Origin: a virus | Length of the DNA: 64,000 nucleotides | IMG/VR virus record: IMGVR_UViG_3300005563_000031 | Coordinates: 41,785 to 105,784 of that record | Direction: 5' to 3' (one strand) | Shown: positions 1-7,183 of the stretch, piece by piece | How positions within the stretch are numbered: the first letter of the stretch is position 1 | Layout: every line of letters starts with the position of its first letter | Position numbers and translations under genes: made by a program | The notes under the pieces: generated by a model | The model's database searches: none | Told to the model about the DNA's origin: nothing | The model's input: only the letters and a program-made list of their open reading frames with translations

Positions 1-13
1 CTTCCTCGGCCTG

Positions 14-268
14 TTGAAACAAATGCAGGCGAGCCGCAAATTCACCACCAATATGCGGGTGAACTTAGGCCTCGAGGGCGGGTACATGGGCGTGTTTGTT
101 ATCCGCCTCGCGGAGTTGGTAGATGCAGAAGGCAAGCCGTACGGGCAGCAGCCGCAGGATGAGGCGAAAGCGGTGCAAGAGACTTACGAGCAGATTGCGA
201 AAGAACGCGGCGATGTCGCGCCGTTGCCCGAAGATGTACAAAAAGCCATAAACGAGGGTCGTTGGTAA
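14..268 (+). CDS. hypothetical protein (possibly 5'-truncated)
   Basis: ORF at the window edge, overlapping the next ORF's start. Confidence 0.5.
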   Translation: MKQMQASRKFTTNMRVNLGLEGGYMGVFVIRLAELVDAEGKPYGQQPQDEAKAVQETYEQIAKERGDVAPLPEDVQKAINEGRW

Positions 269-567
269 TGCTGTCAATCACTGAAATCATGTCCGCCAAA
301 GCCTACCACGAGCGCGGATTGCCGCCGGGGGCGATGCGTCGGTGGGCCTTTCTCGTAACGCCCGAGGAGTTGGCAAGCCTCGTCGACGAGTGTGGGAAGC
401 GACCGGAATTGGGGCTAACACTCGAACCGCAGCAAGCGGCTGATATTAAGGCCGGACGCGCAGCGCTGCATGTTAACGGGCTGATGATCATCCCGGAGTT
501 GATGTCGCCGGAGGACTCCAGCGCGCAGTTTGTCAGCATGATGGATCTTCCGCCGGGCAGTGCATGA
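262..567 (+). CDS. hypothetical protein
   Basis: ORF coupled to neighbours (ATGA overlap at 564-567). Confidence 0.6.
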   Translation: MVMLSITEIMSAKAYHERGLPPGAMRRWAFLVTPEELASLVDECGKRPELGLTLEPQQAADIKAGRAALHVNGLMIIPELMSPEDSSAQFVSMMDLPPGSA

Positions 568-881
568 ACACGTGGGTAGTATCGATTGGTATGCTTGTGT
601 GCTGGGCGATTATTTGGTTCGTACTGCGCCCCTTTGTACAACAGGAGTTAGCGCGGCGAGCCTCGCGCCACCATCGCCCGCAGCCGCAGGAGCTGTGGTT
701 GCAAGACCACGACATGCTGCTGTACATCACAAACGTAGGTCCGAACGGTGTGTCTATCGCCTACTACAACGGGCGAACGATTGAACAGTGGACGGATAGC
801 TGGGGGGACTGGGAGCGGCGCTTACACGCGCGCACAGTCATTTTTACGGGCAAGAAAAGTTTGCTCGCTCCCGGCGCTTAA
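564..881 (+). CDS. membrane-anchored hypothetical protein
   Basis: N-terminal hydrophobic helix; ATGA coupling. Confidence 0.65.
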   Translation: MNTWVVSIGMLVCWAIIWFVLRPFVQQELARRASRHHRPQPQELWLQDHDMLLYITNVGPNGVSIAYYNGRTIEQWTDSWGDWERRLHARTVIFTGKKSLLAPGA

Positions 882-889
882 GGTATAGC
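861..889 (+). promoter_or_regulatory. candidate sigma70 promoter
   Basis: TTGCTC-17 nt-TATAGC upstream of 908. Confidence 0.35.
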
Positions 890-907
890 TCAGGAAGGTA
901 AAAGAAA

Positions 908-2143
908 ATGGAAAAATGGGAACGGGAGGCTAAAACCTTCGCAAAATGGTGGCACACGGGACAGTACCGTAAGTATACCAACGACACCGTGCCGTACTAC
1001 CTGCACTGCGGTGCGGTTGCGCGGTTGCTGAAAACACACGTACCTAGCGCGACGCGCGAAATGATTATCGCAGCGTGGTTACACGACACGCTCGAGGACA
1101 CGGATGTTACGGCGCTTGAAATCTACAATACCTTTGGCTCCGTGGTGCTACAGCACGTCGAGGATCTTACCGAGCGTAAGTACCCCGGCTGCGGTCGACG
1201 CGAACGCAAAGAGCGGGAACTCGCACGACTTTCGCAAGTCTCGATTGGATCTAAAACTATTAAGTTAGCTGATCTACTCGACAATGCGAAGGATATACTC
1301 GAGAAGGACAAGGATTTTGCGGTGGTGTACTTGCGCGAGAAACGCGACTTACTTACCTACGCGCTAAAGGACGGCGATCCGGTGCTGTGGGCGTTGTGCG
1401 ATCGCGTGGTGGAAGACGGTTTAAAACTGTTGTCAGAATTTAAGGGGATTTCCAGCATGAAAACGGGCTTAACAGATATCACGTTAATTGTCGATAGATC
1501 CGGATCGATGAATAAGATTTACAATGACACCATTGGCGGTCTCAATTCCTTTTTGCAATCGCAGCGCGCCGTGGAAGGCGAGGCAGTGTTTTCTGCCGTA
1601 CAGTTTGATGATAAGTACGAACAGGTCGTGACAGGCATCGACATACAACGCGTAACGAATTTCACGCCTGGGTATGACTTTATGCCACGCGGTTCCACAG
1701 CACTGTACGATGCGCTGGGACGCACTATTACGGCTATTGGCGCGCGGTTGAAGGCGTTGTCTGAAGAGGCGCGGCCTGAACGCGTAATGGTCGTGATCGT
1801 TACCGACGGCAAAGAGAACGCGAGCGAGGAATTTACCAAGAAGCAGGTGTTTGATATGATTAAACACCAAACCGACGTGTACAAGTGGGACTTTACCTAC
1901 ATCGGCGCAAACCAGGATTCCATGCAGTCTGGAGCTGCTATCGGCATCGCTGCGAGCAAAACGATGGATTACTCGCATACAGGTGTAGGCGCACGGGGTG
2001 CCTTCGCTGCTGCATCTAACTACACGCACAGTTTCCGGGCCGCCCCAACCCGCGAGGCTGCGAGTGCGAGTGCATTCACGGCCGAGGATCGCAAAGCGGC
2101 GGCGGGCGATAGTGCGGGACTTAAGCCGGACAGTACCGTTTAA
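908..2143 (+). CDS. HD-domain (SpoT/Mesh1-like) hydrolase fused to vWA domain
   Basis: H-x-GQ-x-RK, PYxxH, AAWLHDTLEDT and IKLAD motifs; then DRSGSM (MIDAS), PRGSTALYDA, VIVTDGKENAS; internal SD+ATG at 1457. Confidence 0.85.
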   Translation: MEKWEREAKTFAKWWHTGQYRKYTNDTVPYYLHCGAVARLLKTHVPSATREMIIAAWLHDTLEDTDVTALEIYNTFGSVVLQHVEDLTERKYPGCGRRERKERELARLSQVSIGSKTIKLADLLDNAKDILEKDKDFAVVYLREKRDLLTYALKDGDPVLWALCDRVVEDGLKLLSEFKGISSMKTGLTDITLIVDRSGSMNKIYNDTIGGLNSFLQSQRAVEGEAVFSAVQFDDKYEQVVTGIDIQRVTNFTPGYDFMPRGSTALYDALGRTITAIGARLKALSEEARPERVMVVIVTDGKENASEEFTKKQVFDMIKHQTDVYKWDFTYIGANQDSMQSGAAIGIAASKTMDYSHTGVGARGAFAAASNYTHSFRAAPTREAASASAFTAEDRKAAAGDSAGLKPDSTV

Positions 2144-2185
2144 TAACACCCGCACTCCTCCTCTCTTATCATAGAAGGGTAACGT

Positions 2186-3691
2186 ATGGTCACTGCAGTA
2201 AAGGTACAAGGTAATGCGCTCGTAGACGGCGACGGTACGCCGCTACAGCTGCGCGGTGTAAACTGTTCGGCGCTCGAATTCGTGGCGATCCAATACGCCT
2301 CCGCATCCCCCAAAACCAACTTCGATAACTGGGGCGGCCAAAAGCCGAATCTCAGCGCTGTCAAGTCCTGGGGCGCCAACAGCATCCGTGTGCCTCTCAA
2401 CGAGCAAAGTTACCTTGGACTCGTATGCACTGACCAAACCGGTGCGCAACTTTTGGCAGATCCGGGCGGTAACTACCGCAGTGCTGTGAAAGCGATCGTG
2501 GACAGTGCGACCGCATTGGGGTTGGCGGTGATTTTGGACTTGCACAAGAACACCGCCAACTTCACACCGGCCGGCGCCAGTACGGCAGTGCCTGGCTTGT
2601 CCAACACGAGCGGACAGTCGGAGATGGCGGATGCCGACCACAGCTACGACTTCTGGTCGGCGGTTGCGAACGATTACAAAACCTACCCCAACGTGCTGTT
2701 TGACCTCTTTAACGAGCCGCATATTGACAATTTCCAAAATCCCAGCACTTTCTCACCAAACCCCGGCACTAGCTTGCCGGCAGGACTGAACACCGAAGCG
2801 GCATGGGCGTGGGCTGTGTGGCGCGACGGGGGCACCGGTAAGCTGATCTACGCCAACAACCAGACCTACTCGCAGAACTATGCCTCTGCCGGCATGCAGG
2901 CCATGTTGGATGCCGTGCGCGCGACCGGCGCCACGAACATATGCATGGCGGGCGGGGTATCGTGGGCGCAAGACCTTGCGTTGTGGACGCAGTTTTGTCC
3001 CATCGATCCGATCAAACAACTGGCGTGCTCGTGGCATGCGTACCCGAGCCAACAGAACCCCGCCTACCCGAGCTATCCGCCGGGCACGTGGTGGGGGCAG
3101 CCGAAGGGCTCGTTTGATTACGCAGCCGACATTCTCGCCGCCGGCTACCCGATCATTATCGGCGAAACAGGAGACGATCCCAACAACCAACTCATGCCTG
3201 TACTGTTGCCGTGGGCGGATGCGCACAAAGTATCTGTTACCGCGTGGACATGGGATGTGGGGTGGGGGAATGATTCACTCATTGCGGATGCGAGTGGCAC
3301 ACCTGTAAACACCGGCATCGCGTACAAACAATGGCTTCAAACGCACACCTCCGGAGGTACTCCTGTGTCCACTACCCAAAATGCAGCCCTGTCGATCGCC
3401 TACAACAGCGTGGCCGGTTTCCCGGCGGGCAGCGTCGTTGACCACATCAACGTTGCACTTACGGCGAAAAACAACACCGCCAACACCCCGCCTGCCAAAA
3501 ACGTCGCGCCCGGCACTGCCAATGTGACCTTCACAGGACTCGCACCGGACACGTACCAAATTGCCGTGCAAGCAATGCCAGCGACGGGCAGCGGGTTTGG
3601 CACGCCGGCAAGCGGCTCGATTACCATTACGCAAGTCAACACCACTATCTCGTTGTCGCTGCCAAGCACTGTCACTGCTACACAGCCGTAA
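2186..3691 (+). CDS. GH5 (cellulase-family) glycoside hydrolase with C-terminal Ig/Fn3-like domain
   Basis: LRGVN, WGANSIRVPLN, VILDLH, FDLFNEP (acid/base), SWHAY, PIIIGETG (nucleophile), AWTW. Confidence 0.9.
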   Translation: MVTAVKVQGNALVDGDGTPLQLRGVNCSALEFVAIQYASASPKTNFDNWGGQKPNLSAVKSWGANSIRVPLNEQSYLGLVCTDQTGAQLLADPGGNYRSAVKAIVDSATALGLAVILDLHKNTANFTPAGASTAVPGLSNTSGQSEMADADHSYDFWSAVANDYKTYPNVLFDLFNEPHIDNFQNPSTFSPNPGTSLPAGLNTEAAWAWAVWRDGGTGKLIYANNQTYSQNYASAGMQAMLDAVRATGATNICMAGGVSWAQDLALWTQFCPIDPIKQLACSWHAYPSQQNPAYPSYPPGTWWGQPKGSFDYAADILAAGYPIIIGETGDDPNNQLMPVLLPWADAHKVSVTAWTWDVGWGNDSLIADASGTPVNTGIAYKQWLQTHTSGGTPVSTTQNAALSIAYNSVAGFPAGSVVDHINVALTAKNNTANTPPAKNVAPGTANVTFTGLAPDTYQIAVQAMPATGSGFGTPASGSITITQVNTTISLSLPSTVTATQP

Positions 3692-3954
3692 TGGGTCTTC
3701 GAACGACCGTTGCAGGATTGGAACAGTGGGCAATCTTGCGCGACGTGTCACTGGATTTGCCCAAGCCGGGTGTGCTCAAAGCATGTCCGTTTTGCGGGCA
3801 TCCGGCCGCATTTGCTGACAATAGCAAGCGCTACCAAGGACACGACAAGTACGTTATTGCCGTGTCCTGTTCCAACACGAGCTGCGGTGTGGTGACGCCG
3901 GGTCACTACACCACACGAGAGACTGCGGCCGAGGCGTGGAACCGGCGCGTGTAA
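3691..3954 (+). CDS. Lar-family restriction alleviation protein
   Basis: LKACPFCG...CSNTSCG...AAEAWNRR. Confidence 0.8.
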   Translation: MGLRTTVAGLEQWAILRDVSLDLPKPGVLKACPFCGHPAAFADNSKRYQGHDKYVIAVSCSNTSCGVVTPGHYTTRETAAEAWNRRV

Positions 3955-3975
3955 CAATTCGGTGACATTTGGTGT

Positions 3976-4051
3976 TGGATCACCCGGATGGAATCGAACC
4001 ATCATGTACGATGTTCAAAGCATCGTTGGGATACCAGTAACCCACAGGTGA
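3976..4051 (-). tRNA. tRNA-Gln(TTG)
   Basis: cloverleaf, loop CTTTGAA, encoded CCA. Confidence 0.9.
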
Positions 4052-4054
4052 AAA

Positions 4055-4189
4055 ATGAGTCGATTTGAACGTGTGGTGATCCAACTGCTGATCATTATCG
4101 CTAATAGGGTAGCGCGCAGTGCATCACCTGCAGACAGAATAAACATCGATCACGACGGGTGGCCGATGTACGGCGACAAACCCTTTTAA
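4055..4189 (+). CDS. 44-aa hypothetical protein antisense to the tRNA array
   Basis: ATG..TAA fills the spacer between the two Gln tRNAs; AGGTG upstream. Confidence 0.45.
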   Translation: MSRFERVVIQLLIIIANRVARSASPADRINIDHDGWPMYGDKPF

Positions 4190-4190
4190 A

Positions 4191-4266
4191 TGGATCAGGC
4201 GGTTGGAATCGAACCAACGTGAACTGCGTTCAGAGCGCAGTGGGGATGCCAGCAACCCACACCTGA
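4191..4266 (-). tRNA. tRNA-Gln(CTG)
   Basis: cloverleaf, loop CTCTGAA, CCA. Confidence 0.9.
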
Positions 4267-4274
4267 GAATTTCT

Positions 4275-4457
4275 ATGACAACAGAGAAAACTGCTATTTG
4301 CGGAGCGATCCGGCCTCAAGAAAAGCCTACGTGCCGACGTTCGCAAAAGATTGGCGGGCCGCGCTATGTTTGTGGACGCGAACCGAAGCACGAGGGGCCG
4401 TGCGGCTGCTGGCGGTTTTTGTCGCAGGTCGCTGCTGCGAAATTGGCGGGAAGGTAA
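4275..4457 (+). CDS. small Cys/His-rich hypothetical protein
   Basis: MTTEK...CGREPKHEGPC; occupies the Gln-Trp spacer. Confidence 0.45.
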   Translation: MTTEKTAICGAIRPQEKPTCRRSQKIGGPRYVCGREPKHEGPCGCWRFLSQVAAAKLAGR

Positions 4458-4515
4458 GGAGTTGCACCCTACTTTTGGGGTTTGGAGTCCCATAGCTCGC
4501 TCCGAGCACCGACCC
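4444..4515 (-). tRNA. tRNA-Trp(CCA)
   Basis: loop CTCCAAA, CCA; two acceptor mismatches; T-loop TGCAACT. Confidence 0.8.
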
Positions 4516-4523
4516 GTGAAACT

Positions 4524-4886
4524 ATGCCTATCTACGGTAGTCTAACACTACGCGCACGAATACTGGCAAACGATGAGCCGGCGTGGTTGAAAAAGCACGC
4601 ACGCCGCGATTACATCGTGCAAGTACATCTTGCCACACCACGCTGGTACTCGCGTAAAGAAGTCGTACGGCTTAAGCAGAAGGCGCACGAGCTGTCGAAA
4701 GCGAAACGACGCAAGTACGTACTGGACCACATCATCCCCCTCACACACAAGCGCGTATGCGGTTTAAACGTACACCACAATATGCAAATCATCGATGCCG
4801 GCACGAATGCGCGCAAATCCAATCACTGGTGCGAGTGGCACGGGGAGTTATTCGCGGAACCTGAGCAGTTTCCACTGTTTCGATAG
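4524..4886 (+). CDS. HNH endonuclease
   Basis: ATPRW...DHIIPL...VCGLNVHHNMQII...NARKSN. Confidence 0.8.
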   Translation: MPIYGSLTLRARILANDEPAWLKKHARRDYIVQVHLATPRWYSRKEVVRLKQKAHELSKAKRRKYVLDHIIPLTHKRVCGLNVHHNMQIIDAGTNARKSNHWCEWHGELFAEPEQFPLFR

Positions 4887-4887
4887 C

Positions 4888-4972
4888 GTGCCGGGCGCCG
4901 CGTGCCCATCGGTGCTAGGAAGTTTTGTGGCCCGCAAGCGGGGAAGATTCCTACGACGGGACGCCCATGCAC
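4888..4972 (-). ncRNA. rod-like structured RNA candidate
   Basis: nested helices GGGCG/CGCCC, CCCGTCG/CGATGGG, TAGGAA/TTCCTA, CCCGC/GCGGG. Confidence 0.5.
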
Positions 4973-4974
4973 TC

Positions 4975-5063
4975 TGGCGGAAGGCAGTGAACTCGAATCA
5001 CAAACGCTTATCGCGTTCCATCCGCTTTCCAAGCGGCTCGAGGCCCTGCCTCGTTTACCTTCC
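4975..5063 (-). tRNA. tRNA-Ser(GGA)
   Basis: long variable arm, G73, CCA. Confidence 0.9.
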
Positions 5064-5068
5064 AATGT

Positions 5069-5157
5069 TGGCGGATACCGTAGGAGTCGAACCTACACGG
5101 CCCGTTAAGACCCTAACACCGCTTTCAAGGCGGGCGAGCGCGCCAGTGCGGGTATCC
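5069..5157 (-). tRNA. tRNA-Ser(TGA)
   Basis: long variable arm, loop CTTGAAA, CCA. Confidence 0.9.
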
Positions 5158-5165
5158 GAAAAGTA

Positions 5166-5223
5166 GGTGAGGCCCGGTGCAGCGGATAGCACTTGGACAG
5201 GTGCGTCCACACCGGGGGTCACC
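5166..5223 (-). ncRNA. structured RNA candidate (hairpin with possible pseudoknot)
   Basis: GGTGA/TCACC, CCCGGTG/CACCGGG, TGGAC/GTCCA; loop GCAC complementary to downstream GTGC. Confidence 0.45.
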
Positions 5224-5231
5224 GAGCAGCT

Positions 5232-5275
5232 GAACCGGAACTGCGCTTGTTCCTTACTGGCCTTTCGGCCGGTTC
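5232..5275 (-). ncRNA. three-way-junction RNA motif, copy 1
   Basis: GAACC-[GGCC GAAA GGCC]-AGTAA-[GGAAC..GTTCC]-GGTTC; 22 nt identical to copy at 6119-6140. Confidence 0.65.
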
Positions 5276-5292
5276 GTTTGCGAGTATAAGGG

Positions 5293-5383
5293 CACTTGCG
5301 CGCGGGTGCAGTCGCTTACTGCACCTTGCGTCACGACCAACGCGCAGCAGGAGCGACACTGCCGCCATGGCGTCTAGCAAGTG
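5293..5383 (-). ncRNA. multi-branch RNA with kissing loops
   Basis: closing stem CACTTGC/GCAAGTG, four internal hairpins, complementary loops TCGCT and AGCGA. Confidence 0.55.
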
Positions 5384-5388
5384 TTTTC

Positions 5389-5476
5389 TGGCGGATGGCA
5401 ATGGAGTCGAACCACAAGCGCTTGCGCACTCCATCTGTTTTCGAGGCAGTGCTGACACCGTGTCAGTTTACCATCC
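5389..5476 (-). tRNA. tRNA-Ser(CGA)
   Basis: long variable arm, loop CTCGAAA, CCA. Confidence 0.9.
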
Positions 5477-5490
5477 GTAAAATCTAAGGC

Positions 5491-5567
5491 GGTTAGGTTT
5501 AAGTAGGGGGCAAACCCTTACCCGGCGCCGGGCCCAGCATCACCGCAAGCCCCTACCAGTCTTGACC
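5491..5567. ncRNA. structured RNA candidate (strand uncertain)
   Basis: GTAGG(GG)/(CC)CCTAC closing stem; CCCGG/CCGGG and GGG/CCC hairpins. Confidence 0.35.
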
Positions 5568-5589
5568 AGCAAGTACCGGTAGGAATGTT

Positions 5590-5678
5590 TGGCGGAAAGC
5601 AGTGTACTCGAAACACACACCCGTTAGGATGCCCTCTGTTTAGCAAACAGGTACGAGCGCCTGCCCGTTTTACTTTCC
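5590..5678 (-). tRNA. tRNA-Ser(GCT)
   Basis: long variable arm, loop TTGCTAA, CCA. Confidence 0.9.
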
Positions 5679-5684
5679 GTAAAT

Positions 5685-5763
5685 TGGTCCCCGCAGCAGC
5701 TTGGGGAGCTGCGACCGTCCGGTTAAAAGCCGGATGCTCTTCACCCGTGTGAGCTATACGAGG
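5685..5763 (-). tRNA. tRNA-Lys(TTT) with non-canonical T-loop
   Basis: loop CTTTTAA, all stems intact, CCA; T-arm GCAGC-TCCCCAA-GCTGC. Confidence 0.8.
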
Positions 5764-5769
5764 AATGTT

Positions 5770-5845
5770 TGGTGCTCAGTGATGGAGTTGAACCATCTAT
5801 CTCCGCGTTACGAATGCGGCGCATCGCCGGCAATGCTTACCGAGC
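5770..5845 (-). tRNA. tRNA-Thr(CGT)
   Basis: loop TTCGTAA, CCA. Confidence 0.9.
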
Positions 5846-5945
5846 TTATCGGAATAAGAAGACTGTACCAAACATGCTCGCACCATCGGCAGCAAAACAC
5901 CGCGCGCCATCCTCGTAGTCGTTTGCCGCACTGTCTGCAGTTCAT
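5808..5945 (-). CDS. 45-aa putative zinc-finger protein
   Basis: MNCRQCGKRL...FCCRWC; 3' end overlaps tRNA-Thr. Confidence 0.35.
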   Translation of the reverse strand: MNCRQCGKRLRGWRAVFCCRWCEHVWYSLLIPISSVSIAGDAPHS

Positions 5946-5959
5946 GTTGGAATTATACA

Positions 5960-6034
5960 TGGAGCCCCACGTTGGACTTGCGCCAACCCTCGCTACTTAC
6001 AAGGCAGCTACACCGCTATCTGTGTTTGTAGGGC
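5960..6034 (-). tRNA. tRNA-Thr(TGT)
   Basis: loop CTTGTAA, CCA, T-loop CGCAAGT. Confidence 0.85.
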
Positions 6035-6042
6035 GAAAAGTA

Positions 6043-6087
6043 CCGCCGAGCCCCTGTGCACACGCAGGTATTGGAAAGGCCCGGCGG
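6043..6087 (-). ncRNA. bulged hairpin RNA candidate
   Basis: 10-bp stem CCGCCGGGCC/GGCTCGGCGG, 9-nt bulge, apical hairpin. Confidence 0.4.
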
Positions 6088-6099
6088 ATTTTGCAATTA

Positions 6100-6140
6100 G
6101 AACCAGACGCTGGCGCCTTTACTGGCCTTTCGGCCGGTTC
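6100..6140 (-). ncRNA. three-way-junction RNA motif, copy 2
   Basis: same core as 5232-5275 with a different but still pairing P3 (AGGCG/CGTCT). Confidence 0.65.
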
Positions 6141-6159
6141 AATATGCATACTAACATGT

Positions 6160-6235
6160 TGGTGCCTCACCGACGAATTGCACGTCGCGCCTCATCTTTA
6201 CCAAAGATGCGTTCCGCTCGCAGAACTTGAGAGGC
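6160..6235 (-). tRNA. tRNA-Thr(GGT)
   Basis: loop TTGGTAA, CCA. Confidence 0.9.
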
Positions 6236-6242
6236 AGTAAAT

Positions 6243-6316
6243 TGGCCTCCACGGTTGGACTCGAACCAACAACAGCAAGCCTTCGGAGGGCTCGCGCCGT
6301 ATCCGACGGCGTGGAG
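6243..6316 (-). tRNA. tRNA-Arg(CCG)
   Basis: loop CTCCGAA, short D-arm, CCA. Confidence 0.85.
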
Positions 6317-6323
6317 TTTAAAG

Positions 6324-6397
6324 TGGCACCCCCGGTTGGACTCGAACCAACATATCTGCCGTTCGTAGCGGCGGATCCTTGTTCCGAAGGCAGGGGC
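6324..6397 (-). tRNA. tRNA-Arg(ACG)
   Basis: loop CTACGAA, CCA. Confidence 0.85.
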
Positions 6398-6409
6398 GTA
6401 GAAAACTGT

Positions 6410-6474
6410 CCGGCGGCAGTAGGCGCGAGTACGGCTTGCGCTTTCGCCGCGCACTTACCTTAAAGGCCTGCCGG
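6410..6474 (-). ncRNA. structured RNA candidate
   Basis: CCGGC/GCCGG closing stem; apical CGGC-GAAAGCGCAA-GCCG. Confidence 0.4.
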
Positions 6475-6482
6475 TATGGCCG

Positions 6483-6653
6483 TTACACCGGTTTGTAAAG
6501 GGCTTGGTAGTAAAATAAATGGTTTAGCGTGTCTGAACACAGGCGCTCGCACACTGCCACACCACCGGCCAATAACCACCCTTTGTTTAGGTAGTCAGTG
6601 ACTTCGTTATTAAAGTACTGCAAGTTTGTGTTACTTACTACGATGTATTTCAA
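6483..6653 (-). CDS. DUF1737-like small protein (56 aa)
   Basis: TTG start; KYIVV...FNNEVTDYLNKGWLLAGGV...YYQAL resembles DUF1737; absent from the ORF track. Confidence 0.65.
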   Translation of the reverse strand: MKYIVVSNTNLQYFNNEVTDYLNKGWLLAGGVAVCERLCSDTLNHLFYYQALYKPV

Positions 6654-6656
6654 TGT

Positions 6657-6752
6657 TGGTACTCGATGTAGGATTTGAACCTAACCCGTTGCAGCCAGTC
6701 CGACCGCTCTCGCACGCTTATAAGGCGCACCCGCACACCAGTGCTATCGAGT
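6657..6752 (-). tRNA. tRNA with TAT anticodon (Ile) and long variable arm
   Basis: acceptor ACTCGAT/ATCGAGT, loop CTTATAA, ~27-nt variable region, A73, CCA. Confidence 0.8.
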
Positions 6753-6764
6753 ATTGCTCCTTTC

Positions 6765-6840
6765 CGAGGGGCGGCGGGCAGTGTAGTTAGCGACGCTACA
6801 CTGAGTTGGGAGCTACCCAACCAACCCCGCAGGCCCCTCG
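6765..6840 (-). ncRNA. three-way-junction RNA with kissing loops
   Basis: CGAGGGGC/GCCCCTCG plus GCGGG/CCCGC; hairpins GTTGGG/CCCAAC and CAGTGTAG/CTACACTG; loops TAGC and GCTA. Confidence 0.6.
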
Positions 6841-6850
6841 TACTTCTTTG

Positions 6851-6927
6851 TTGCGGTAGCTGGACTTGCACCAGCCTTAAATCGGCTTATGAAACCGTGG
6901 CGAAACTACCTTCGACCATATACCGCA
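6851..6927 (-). tRNA. tRNA-Met/Ile2(CAT), no encoded CCA
   Basis: loop TTCATAA, acceptor TGCGGTA/TACCGCA. Confidence 0.8.
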
Positions 6928-7099
6928 AAATTGTGCCCGCTTCGCTTTTCATTTCGTGGCAACGGACTAACACGCGGTGGCACCTATCAGCTCCCTACAT
7001 GCATGCAACGCATTTGGGCGGGGATGGAGGCAGGGGTTAGGGAATGCGCATGTCTAGAATACGCCAATACACCTAAAGCCGTACCAACACCCCCATACC

Positions 7100-7174
7100 T
7101 GGTAGCGGGAGAGGGATTCGAACCCCCGACCTTCTGGTTATGAGCCAGACGAGCTACCTCTGCTCTATCCCGCA
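7100..7174 (-). tRNA. tRNA-fMet(CAT)
   Basis: loop CTCATAA, 1:72 mismatch, CCA. Confidence 0.9.
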
Positions 7175-7183
7175 TCAAACAAT

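Noticed and set aside
5503-5556. c-di-GMP-I riboswitch (GGCAAACC...GCAAGCC on plus strand)
   Set aside because: No GNRA-capped P2, no P3 and no downstream gene
6930-7099. Spacer between the two CAT tRNAs as ncRNA or gene
   Set aside because: No convincing closing stem or ORF with SD found; left unassigned
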